From NCBI RefSeq assembly GCF_040938485.1, contig NW_027270917.1, forward strand, positions 5,642,001 through 5,706,000: a DNA stretch of 64,000 bases, given 5' to 3'. A model generated the notes under the pieces. The model had not been told where the DNA came from and did no database searches. It saw nothing but the letters and a program-made list of their open reading frames with translations. The stretch is from Diadema antillarum (lineage: Eukaryota). This document shows positions 39,775 through 50,882 of this stretch, piece by piece (within the stretch, counting starts at the first letter, position 1; the number at the start of each line of letters is the position of its first letter). The position numbers and the translations under genes were made by a program.

Positions 39775-41606
39775 CTGTACACAAATGAACACACACACAT
39801 ACAAACAGAGAAATAGAAACAAAAATCAATTTTAAATTTCTCAAGCATATTTCACTGTTCAAAGAAATTCTAGTTCAAATCAGTGTCTCACAGATCATTA
39901 TCTCACAGATCTGTAGATCTGTGTACAGTGTTGTTTACTCATACACCATTAATAACAGAACATACATGACACTGATTATACAACATTCATGTGCTGCAAT
40001 ATATCTCTGAAGGGATATCAACAAACGTTTATAATGTATAGATGTACATGTATAGCAAAAATAGGGAATATAAAATGAAATTCATGTTTTGATAAAAAGT
40101 TCTGCCAATGTCCGAGATGCCAAATGTAGAATGAACGGCTTTTATCATTCAGCAGTGTCGGAATCAAGAACTGTGCAGGGCCTACCTATTGTAGTACTAC
40201 ACATACCAAAGCACACAACAAACTACATTTCTTCAGTCTTAGAAGAGACTATCCTCATCCAATACATTACATTCCAATTCCAACACACCCATCATTAATT
40301 GGGACCAGCTGAATCACAGCTGAGGTCAGAGGTCACACTTCAGAGAGAACAAAATACTGCAAACATATGGATACTTGGTGGAAACATACTCTAAACCTCC
40401 TAACAAGAACAGACATACATGATGTGATAATTGGAGCTCTACAGTATGTCCCCCCCAAAAAAATAAAATCAGATTTTTGCATAGAATATAACTTCCAATA
40501 TGAATAATCTGTCTGAATGCTATATTGCAGAGTCTTAAAATATAACATCTTAGCCTTTTTTTTTTTGCAGAAAACCCCATTCAATTTGGTTAAGTGGTCA
40601 CAGAGAAATTTAGATTCTTGTAAAGCATGTCCTGGGTGTGTTTCTTTCAAGTATAAACACTTGGATGCTCTTGGAACCGCAATGGACAGAACTTGGAGAG
40701 AAGGGATTCCTGACATGCTCTCCAAATCCTCATTTCTCTTTGACCACTGAAGCAAATCAGATGGGATTTTCTGTATGATGTGAGTATAAATAAGTTATAG
40801 TTTTCATCCTGAAATTGTATTTAGACTTTTGTTTTTAAAGTTATTTGTGGAGGGTTCTGTTGTTTTTGTTTTTGTTTTTATTATTTTTTTTTTTTTTTTT
40901 TGGGGGGGGGGACAAATGACACACCTATTTAAAGTAATCCATTTGTCATATATAGGCCTATGTAATGAGTGTGAATAAGTGTGATTACTAGCTGTAATAC
41001 ATACAATGTACAAACAATAGTATCAAAATGTAATACCAGAAACATTTGTGGAATGAAGCTTTCATGAATTAGAGCCGACATCCTTTTCGCAGCATGAAAC
41101 TTTCACAAATTGCCACTGGCATACAATACACCGTTGTAGAATTACATTTTTTTTTTTGCATGCATTTTACTTTTTTGTGAATCTTGGCACCTCAGAAAAT
41201 TTGTGAAAGTTGGTCATTGGTTCATGTTAGGTAATACAAGAAGATACATGTACACTGTACCTCTTGCTTTGGGCATTATCATGAAAGTTTGTCATTTTCT
41301 CCCCATTTTCAGATCTCTCATGCAAAGGGTATGGGAGGATAGACACCATCTATTGTAGACACCTACACCATAGACTCTGAAAGCTCAAAATGACATTCTT
41401 GCTGGTATGTCTAGCCAAGCATGGAATTCGAAGTTTGAACTTTGTATTTCATTTGTGTGCCAGTCCCTTGCTTTACACTGCACACAATGACACAAGGTCA
41501 TATAAACAAGATGTCATCTCAGGATATAGACCCATGAAAAGCCTAAATCAACACTGATGAAGGACTCTGAAAAAAAAAAAGAATGCCTAACAAAACAGCA
41601 CAAAAT

Positions 41607-42385
41607 AGTTACGTTCAGACGGCAGGCCCTAACCTCGAGGTTAGGAAACATCGAGGTTTAGCTCTTGCCCCCTAACTACGACGTGTGTCCACACGACGAA
41701 TCTTAACCTCGAGGTTACGAAACCTCGAGGTTAAGCTTCTGCCCCCGTAACTACGAGTGGGTCCCACTCGATGTTAAAACCACAAAACCGGAAGTTTCAG
41801 CCCACACTGCTAACAAGGCGTCTATTTATTCTTTAGTCCAACCCTGTCGGACTCGCTTACAGGTACTCTTTTTCTCTGTCATGGTATGCAGAGATAGCAC
41901 TGCACTTATGACTTTATGCCTTTATGAAGATATTCGTCGAAAACATTTTTTTTTTTTTAGCGTCGGAGAAGAATATAGAATACAGTAGCGAGTTCGACGT
42001 GTTCAGTTTCAGAGATCAAGCGCATGGGAAGAAAAGATGATGTTGTTGTGTCGTGCGTCATAGGTTTTTCACGTGTAGTGTATTTGTGGTGTACGTTTGG
42101 GAGGTTGACCCGGAAGCAGAGGGAAATTGTGGGGGCTGGAGTTTACGGCGAGGTCACTCTTAACTTCGAGTTCATTGTTTTTTGTGTCCACACGGTGCTT
42201 AACTACGAGTGGGGACCCCCGCGGCTCGTGGTTAGAGCGCTAACCATAAGATTTCTCGTGGCTCGAAACATCGAGCAAACCTCGAGGTTTGCTAACTACG
42301 AGTGCGTCTTCACGGTCCCTAACTACAAGCTCTAACCTCGAAGTTTCCTAACTTCGAGGTTAAGGGCTCCCGTCTGAACGTAACT
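41607..42385. mobile_element. MITE with AACCTCGAGGTT iterons, probably PIF/Harbinger-like
   Basis: TIR AGTTACGTTCAGACGG...CCGTCTGAACGTAACT extending imperfectly about 55 bp; flanked by AAT on both sides (a TA TSD reading is also possible). Confidence 0.88.
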
Positions 42386-43483
42386 AATGCCTTCCTCACT
42401 GCTGATTTGACTCATCAAGAAAGAAAGGTACAAGAGGCAGACATCACTCTGGCCAATCTGGTGTCTAGCTGAGGGGCGGTGTCAAATATAATGGATGAAT
42501 GCAGGTTATGAAACATTTCACGGACTCTATAGTACCAGTAGATTTATGATTTCTTAGGTAGCCCTAATCATTTTGTTTAAAAAAAATCAAAACATACATC
42601 ATATAAAACTTTGTAAAACAAAACATACACACACATAAAGGTTTCTACTAATAGGCAACAGGCAACAGTTTTTTGCTTGAGGGCTTCAATAATGCAATTT
42701 TTAACAGAATTTAGCCCCTTGTCAACTTCATACATATTCATTGGTTGGAATTCAATCTGTATGCATGTTCTATTGCTGTGTCAGTAAAACCAGACTACTC
42801 TCTCTTCATTCTTTGGAATGATTGCATTATGCTTTCTGGTTGCTAGGAACAACTTCTGTCATGTACTGTATATAATATATGTTACTGCCCAGCTCAAAAT
42901 CCTCAAAAAGCATGCCAAAATGAATTTTCATATTTCTAAACATGTTAAAAGAGTATGCTCTAAGCTTTAAAATGATAACATGTTAAAGTTGGACCATCCT
43001 ATTGACCCATTCAAAAAGTGATTGAAATAGAGAGAGTTGGGAGATGGAGTTTCATTCGAAAAGGGAGAAAAGATGATTTAAAGATAGGGTCACTCAGGTG
43101 TGTTGTGCGCAAGTATCAATGAAAAGATATTATATCTCCCATTGAAAGCAGCGCCTGTCCAGAAAAATGTGGTCTGGCCAGAAAAATGCTAATTTCTCAA
43201 TTTCTGTTTTGTTTTATGCTGCAAAATTTTGACAGTCAGTAAAGAAAAGATTACTCTCTCAAGTAAGATAAACTTAAATTAGAATTTGAGCACGTCAACC
43301 CAACTGACATATTTAAGTCCATTACAAAGAATCTTAAATGACTTAAATCTTTGACTTTTGGGGGGGCTTTAAGCTGGGCGTTCACATTTACACAGAATTT
43401 GAACATGTTGGTAACACAGTCTACCACTATCAAATAAATGTTTGTCTGACGGTCAAACGAGAGAGAGAAAGCTGTGGACTTAC

Positions 43484-43584
43484 TTGCGCTCAAAACCCTC
43501 AAAATCGTCCTTCTGGTCATCGATGGACTGTTCCAAGTCCAGGTATGTCCCATTGTGTGACAGCTGTAATCCGCAATCTTCCAA
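43484..43584 (-). CDS. FHOD: FHOD coding exon 2 (101 nt)
   Basis: ctctccag acceptor; LEDCGLQLSHNGTYLDLEQSIDDQKDDFEGFER plus AA; GTAAGT donor; phase 0 in, 2 out. Matches recalled FHOD3 LDDCTLQLSHNGAYLDLEATLAEQRDELEGF. Confidence 0.96.
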
Positions 43585-44066
43585 CTGGAGAGGGACAGAC
43601 AGACGGACAGACAGACAAACAGTGAGGAGAATGAAGACAGAGAAGCAAAGATTGGCACAGGTATCAAATAACTGACACAATGTCTGATGAGTAATCAATC
43701 AGAAGCAAAGAATCACTATCAAAGGCAAGGCTGATAGTTGCTGACTGAGATACAAAAAAATGTTCTAAAAAGAGTACTCAAGAAAAACAAGGGCATTCAC
43801 TTTGAATCTAGCGGCATTCCACAGTACAGTGTAGGTTCTTTTCATTCCCAACCACTTGGTGATTTCCCCTACAATTCATGGAAATCATTTGAGAAAAACA
43901 AATCTTCACACTTCCATTTTCAATACATTCCATACAGACAGTTTCTATTGAACATTTACATTTCATTACTGTAATAGGTAAAATGAGTATGATGTGTCTT
44001 CATGCAACAATCCTATACAACAGTGCAAACTGATAGATTGATATCATACGTCGACAAGTACATTTA

Positions 44067-44362
44067 CAGAGACTCCAACCCAAAGCACCTTCTGATCTGG
44101 AGATTCTCCCGCCTGAAACCCCTAGCAAACGGGAGACTCCAAGTTGATGTGTGCGAAGTTCCTAGGGTTCTAGATGCTCTCTGGTGCTATAAGGCTGATT
44201 TTTTTTCAACATACAATAGCAATAAGTAAGAAATCCTTTCCAACGGGAGACACAGAGCCAGGGAGGGAGAAATTAAATCTCAAGCTTGAGAACGGGAGAT
44301 TTTGCAAAAAAGGGTTTTCGGCGGGAGATATCCCGTTGAAAACGGGAGAGTTGGAGTCTCTG
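44067..44362. mobile_element. hAT-like MITE with CGGGAGA subterminal repeats
   Basis: Perfect 13-bp TIR CAGAGACTCCAAC; five CGGGAGA plus one inverted; CATTTA on both flanks. Confidence 0.85.
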
Positions 44363-44549
44363 CATTTACTTTTCACTTTGACCACAGCAATGAACCTTTC
44401 CTGGCCTTCTAGAATGATGTACAATATGGACATGATGACTGCAAACACTGCAAGGCAGAATCAAGCCAAAAGTTTGCCTTGAAACACTGCGATGTGAGAC
44501 CCAAATTTCCAGCAAAATGTTGTTGTTTTTTTAAGCCAAATAATATTAA

Positions 44550-44640
44550 CCCGCTGAGGATGGACTGACTTTGCTACAACACGCATTTCCCATAGACACA
44601 TGCCCAAGTACATGTATACTCGGGACTCGTCCTCAACGGG
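44550..44640. mobile_element. piggyBac-like mini MITE (91 bp)
   Basis: TTAA|CCCGCTGAGGA...TCCTCAACGGG|TTAA. Confidence 0.85.
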
Positions 44641-46092
44641 TTAAAGTCCTACAGCAGTACAGGAATGGTCACATAATCAGCTCACATTCCTTACTCGTAG
44701 GATGCAATGCTACACGACTCCTGAGCATTCCACTAGCCATGGCCTCCGAGTATTGGTGTATTTTATTCAAATATTCACTCTGCCATGTCTCCTTTTTTAC
44801 AGTATATACAGTACTTGAATACAGTGCTGCAATCTCTCTGGAGTGGCCTCTTTACGGCAATTCCCAGCTATGGGATGTATCTCTAGCATGCTGTACGTGT
44901 GTACTGTCAGTGTCTAGATCTGTTCATCATGTAGTATTAAGCTGTTGTTTGTAACACTGAAAAGTCTTACAATTACACTGTACACTGTAAATCTGCTTTA
45001 CAATTGCTTCTATCACTCCTTAAATAAAAACTAGCATCTTGCATTTCTAATCTTTTGCCATCAGCCTTTTATACCTTTTAAATATTCAGCGTCTTGACAA
45101 AGATTAATTGGAAATACCCATAGTGATGCAAGCCAGCTACTTGTAGTTGTCCTGACCTGAACTGCATGTGCAAATGAATTAGGTCCGATCCATTAGGCCT
45201 ACACAGTTTAACATCGTACCATACACTGTGCATGGATCACTCGCAAGCTGTTGGTATTGTGTTACCCTTGGTAGGCACGCTGGCATAAAACGCTCTCTTT
45301 GGAAATGTGAGAAATGTAACGCAAAACTCATCAAAGGCCTATGCGGAAATTATTCCTCTCATATGCTTATCTCACAGTATAACAACCCTGCTCAGAGTAA
45401 CATCTACATTTATATACCAGTATACATCAGTAATTTTTGCTTTCTCAAGGTCTTGTAACTTAAGCATACTCCCAGTGTTTTTCCTTCATACTCAGCTGGC
45501 TGTCTACAGCGGAAAGTGTCTGCCATCAGTAAATTCAACATTCCATTTTTAACTTAATTCTATATAACCTCACTGATATTTCTAATATCATGTATGATAA
45601 GAAAAAAAGATGATGATCAGCTCTGCTTATTTCATATTAAAGCCCAGTTCCATGACTAATGTGATTTAAATTTTAAAATTTAATCAATAGAGGACAATAC
45701 AACTCGCTAAAAGTTTCATCTGTTCGGACAAGAAATTTGAACACAAATCAACAGCTGATCAATAACTACCGGTAGTTGTAATCTTCAAACTACTTCATCC
45801 AATTCTAATGTCACTGGCATGGCCATTACCAAAAGACCAATCTTATACATTGTATGTTTTCACGAGTAGGCCTATAAATCACACAATATACCTACATAGT
45901 ACATTACAACATTCTGCAAATAGAACATTTTATAATCTCAGCCTCTTGAGGTATGAAGATTACAGTGTATATCATAAAAGTAATCACCTTTTCATAAGTA
46001 ATATCATTTGAGAAGGTGAAAGCCTGTAACTCTAGTCGGGGTAAGGTACAGGCCTGGGCAGGGTACTGCAGTCTCTGTACAAATGTATATAT

Positions 46093-46311
46093 TGTAAAGC
46101 AAGAAATATCTGCAGCATGACATTTTTGCAAATTGAAGCCAATGGTCTTTTTCGTGGTAAAAATTTTTTTTGCAAATTGCAACTGGCATCCAACGCATTA
46201 TTTAGTGCATACAAGAACTTTCATTCGTGTGTAGTTTCATTTCACAAAACTTGGTTGTCATGAAATTTGTAATTTTATTAAATTGAACGCAAAGGTTTCT
46301 GGTTGTAGAGT
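46093..46311. mobile_element. TA-flanked MITE, diverged copy of 17041-17251
   Basis: Shares GCATGA-ATTTTTG--AATTGAAGCC-A-GGTCTTTTTC and decayed termini; a still older copy lies at about 41030-41200. Confidence 0.65.
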
Positions 46312-47235
46312 AATCAGGTAGTGTCTGGCAGAGCATTCCTTACGTGACAAAAGAGGTAGTCAATCATGCAGAGACTGCTGTACTACAAACTGACTTGCTC
46401 ACTTGTCCAAAGCACCTAAAACTTACCGCCGGGCAGGTGAACTGAACAGGTACATGTGCCTATCTCTGCAGAGAATGGGGCCTTTGATATGCAAAATACC
46501 CATTTGGGCAAATTGGAGAAATATCTTTTAAAATGCACTGCCTGAAGTTTCACCTTAATTGTGTTCTCTTTGAAATCAGAAAAAAAAAGCATGGAAACTA
46601 GCATATGTAGACCTATAGATGTCTGCAGTCCAACATTTTTTAAAACAATTATTACTAGAGTTCATGGAAAACTGACACGTTTGCGAATCTGTGAACCTAA
46701 CCCTACACGAACACCGTTTGTATGATACATTGTGTGTTCTGCTTTCCAAGACTACTCAAGCAACCCGTGAAGAAGTCAGCAACAAGAAACGCCTTAATCC
46801 CTCCGGGATGAGCGGATTTCCACAGCCAGGGCCCAAAAACTTCCGAAGCGGTGACTCCCTTATATGTGGGACTAAAAGGAAAGGCTTGTGGTTTGCTTGC
46901 CGCCTATTCTAACAACAGTGGTTGCAAGTTATTGCGTGAATAAGAGGGTAAGCAAATTTCATATTGTGAACAATCCATTACAATGTCAAATCCATTACAA
47001 TGTACTGCATCAGGATCTCTGACAGAAGGAAATGAAGTTCAAAAGTTCTTAATGGTAAAAATAATGTTCCTCAGCATTTAGAGGGATCTCTTCCTAAACA
47101 AGGCTTTGTTATGGCATGTCAAGGTAACAAAACTAAAATACAGTGTACAAAGGAAGTGTAAACCAACTTTGCACTTTTAAATGGGAAACAAATGAAATGA
47201 GAGTAAAATCTTAATGCCAGTAACTCAAAGTCAGT

Positions 47236-47441
47236 TACTGTATTTTAATAATCTGTTATTTTTGCAAGGGTTTAATTTTCGCGAATTTCGCGAGTCACAG
47301 TTGGACCGCTAATTTAATAAAACGCGAAAATGTCACCATATGCTATTAGGTAGTAGTGCGCTTATGAAGGCCTCTGTATCAATTTGCAAAAACAACATCT
47401 CGCTAAAATATCTGTACGTGAAAATAACAGCATATACAGTA
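47236..47441. mobile_element. TA-flanked MITE
   Basis: TACTGTAT...ATACAGTA termini; TTTTCGCGAATTTCGCGA motif. Confidence 0.8.
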
Positions 47442-48671
47442 TTTTCTTGCCAATAGATCTATGGTGTTTGAAGTTTACTATGACTTTGATATTTACTTGT
47501 CTTTGTCATTTCATAAACTTTCTACCTGCGAGATATTGATGTACATCGATTGTACAATTTCTACATCAATGCTAAGAGCAAGCTGATATATTGTGTATTG
47601 CCATCTGAAGCAATATCTGAAGAATGTTCTCCTCTTTTGCTCTCTTTTAGATCTGTCTTCTCCACTCCATACACAGTACAAAAAGAAATGTCAACTCATC
47701 ATCACTGCTCAATTCATCTCCAGTTGATGATTTGTGAGGCAGTTTCACACCAGAGGATTTAAACTCACAAGTAACAGTAATGTAAACCAGACAAATCAGA
47801 AGACGACAGGCAATCAATGCCACACATCACTTCTCTTTGTACGACAATGGTACATATTGAGTGCAAATGTCACAAACATTGCTTTGCCGTACTACTCTTT
47901 GTACTGCTTGCAAGGGCAACAATCTAAGCTGAATAACAACAAAAGATGATTGATTACTGAGTGAATCCCAGGACCAAAACAATGATGTGTGATACATGCT
48001 GTAGAAATCGAATTTTTAAAAAGTCAGTGTTCACTTGGCCTCATCCTCTGATGCTTATTCTGTAGTGCAATCCATGCTGGAGCATCCAAAGTACCTACAA
48101 TTTTTGTAGGTCCTATATCAAATATCAGCAAATACTTCACCATACATCTGTATTACACATAAATTGTACAATGGTACTATGACATTTTACAGCGTACAGT
48201 AGGTAGAAGATTACTCAATAACGTACACTATGCATCTAAGACCAAAATTATGACACAACATATTCAGAAATACAATGCGATTATATGTTTCTGATTGGCC
48301 TCGTAGACACAAATTATGGATCTTATACCAGCATATACTGTAACATGTTTGGAAACACTTTTCCTAATTCCCATCAGCATCCTCTGATCCTTGTACAATG
48401 ATTCTTGGCTAGATACAACAATATACTTGTAGAAACATTTACTGTTTTAATTTCTTGCTTTGTATTATGAATTTACTGTATCCCCACGAGATCAACAAGA
48501 AATCACAGTGGGAGGGGGAAGGAGATATCATGGAAGTTTAAGGGACATCAAAACAAATGGAGATCATGACAATCGTAGGAGTTTGGAGCCTTCGCAGCTG
48601 GAGGTCAAAGAAAATCCGAGTCTGAGATTGAGACCACAGTCAATAGAACGTGATTATGTGTCACCCCATTA

Positions 48672-50882
48672 GGCCAAGTAAAAAAAGAAACCAGTTTCTC
48701 GTCCTCGCGCGCATCGATTTTGGCCGCCGCATCGATTTTTTTACTATTTACTATTTTCAAAATGGCGCTGAAAATACCAAGAAATTCATAATTCTCGTCT
48801 CAGCCCGCTCCCCGCCCGCATCGATTTTCAGTTGCCGCATCGACTTTTTTGATATTTACTATTTTTTCGGCCGTGTCTGTAACTTGCTAGCTGTCCAAAT
48901 CGGGTCCCCAGGCCATCGCACGCATGAACACATTCGAATGTGTAGAGGCCCGTACACGCTGCTCTGTAACGTTGCATCTGACGGCGATGTATTTTGAAGA
49001 GAAAATGAGTGCGCTTTTCCAGCAAATGTGGAATTATAAAATGGGTGTATCTACAAAATAAATAACTTTTCCACGGATTCTGGTTTGTATCGTATTTCTG
49101 CGGGATACTTTTCTTTACGACGTAAATTCACGGACACGGCCGTGAATCGTAACATCTGTAGTGTGGTATACAGGGCAGGGGAAGCTCGGTATATAAAACG
49201 AACACTGCTATAACGAGATATCGGTTATTACGAGGAAATTTTCCCGGTCCCAAATTTCCTTCCACACAAGTCCATGTAAAATGCTACTCTTATAGCGAGA
49301 TTGGCTATAACGAAATAACTGCTATAACGAGATAAATTTTGTGATTTCCAAACAAAGAAAAACATAGCCAATCAAACCTGATATAGCGAGGTAAAGCAAA
49401 ATGTCTTCGGGTAAAGCTTAACTTCGCCTGTGCTATCAAGGTCCGAGATTGTAAAGCTCGATGCGCCAAAAACTGTCTTGTACACACACATTTTCTTCAT
49501 GACAGTTCACTCTACAGCTAGCACCGCATGTTGTACGTGTATGTGTGTGTGTGTGTGTGCGCACTGATACATGCAGAAAATGTGGTGGGACGGCCGTATA
49601 CATGACATCATCATGACGTTTAGCAAGTGTGAGGCAATCTGATGCTGTGATTGGCTTTCTACGTAGGGAATTCCCCATCTACACACACACATATATATGC
49701 AGTTATAATGTACATACAGAATGTGTCACACTCACACACAGCATTGTGCAGACCATATTCAAGCTTTCCACACACAACACCCATACCATAACCACATACC
49801 AATCCACAGACGATCTTCACACAATCGCAAGCTATGTAGATTTACAAATTCAAACATCTATTCTACAATTGATAAGAAAAACATTCTTGATATCGGATTT
49901 CATTGGCGAAAAAAAAATCTTCTTACCCATAAAGGTGAGTAATTACCTCACACACATTAGCAAGTTATCAGTATTGATTGAAAGATGATGGGTAGTCCCA
50001 CGTGTGCAAATTAATGTCTTTATGTTATGCCTTCTTTTATTTCTACTGATATAACGAGATATCGGCTATAACGAGGAACACGACTCGTACCCGACCATCT
50101 CGTTATATCGAGTTTCCACTTGTACAATCATCATCCAAATGATGAGTGATTATCAAATGTCTTTTTAGAACATGAAGAAACATCTTTGTTTAATGCTATA
50201 ATGCCATAAATCGTATCATTTTGACATCAATCTGCAATTGTACAAGCCAGTTTCCAGTTGAATGTGCTACAATTGTACTGTGAAGAAATGCATATACATA
50301 CACTGTACCAGCTGAGTGGACACAAAATGTCACAAACACAATAATAAATAAAGCAGTGTTTTGAATATCATGGAATCTATTTCAGTCGTACATTTGTTGA
50401 AAGACATGTTTTATACCTGTTTCAATTAATAGCACAATACATCAGAATTGCAAGTACACTGGTATCAGAAATGCCATTACAACACTAAATACCAGTATTA
50501 AGATGGTCATTTTCCCTTGACATCTGTAATGGAAAGAAAAAGCAAATGTATTTCTGCATGCATGAAGTTTCATTTCAAGTATAAATGGTACATTATTTTT
50601 GTTTGAAAATGTTTGAGAGTGCAGGCAAGACATACACGTGGGACCTGGTTTTTCATAACACAGCTACCACTTAACAGAGTGATATTTCATTTCATAAATT
50701 GGATATAGAAAATAGTAAAGCCCTCTCTCGTTACTTTTCTCAGAATTACCGGACGAGAAACACATATTGCTTTCATTTTGACAATTCTCGAAAAAATAGT
50801 AAGATATCAAATAGTAAGGACCTCCCTCATCGCCTTGCTCAAAAAACCCGGACGAGAAACTACTGTCTTTTTTTACTTGGCC
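48672..50882. mobile_element. Non-autonomous Harbinger-like element (2.2 kb) with a nested insertion
   Basis: TTA|GGCCAAGTAAAAAAAGA...GTTTCTCGTCC and GGACGAGAAAC...TCTTTTTTTACTTGGCC|TTA; TTTACTATTT motifs on the left mirrored by AAATAGTAA on the right. Confidence 0.8.
49171..50122. mobile_element. Tigger/pogo-like element nested in 48672-50882
   Basis: TA|CAGGG(CAGGGG)AAGCTCGG...CGAGTTTCCACTTG|TA; multiple ATAACGAG subterminal motifs. Confidence 0.75.

Noticed and set aside
41631-42360. CRISPR-like or iteron array
   Set aside because: Repeats are short, irregularly spaced and enclosed by TIRs in a eukaryotic intron; they are MITE subterminal motifs.
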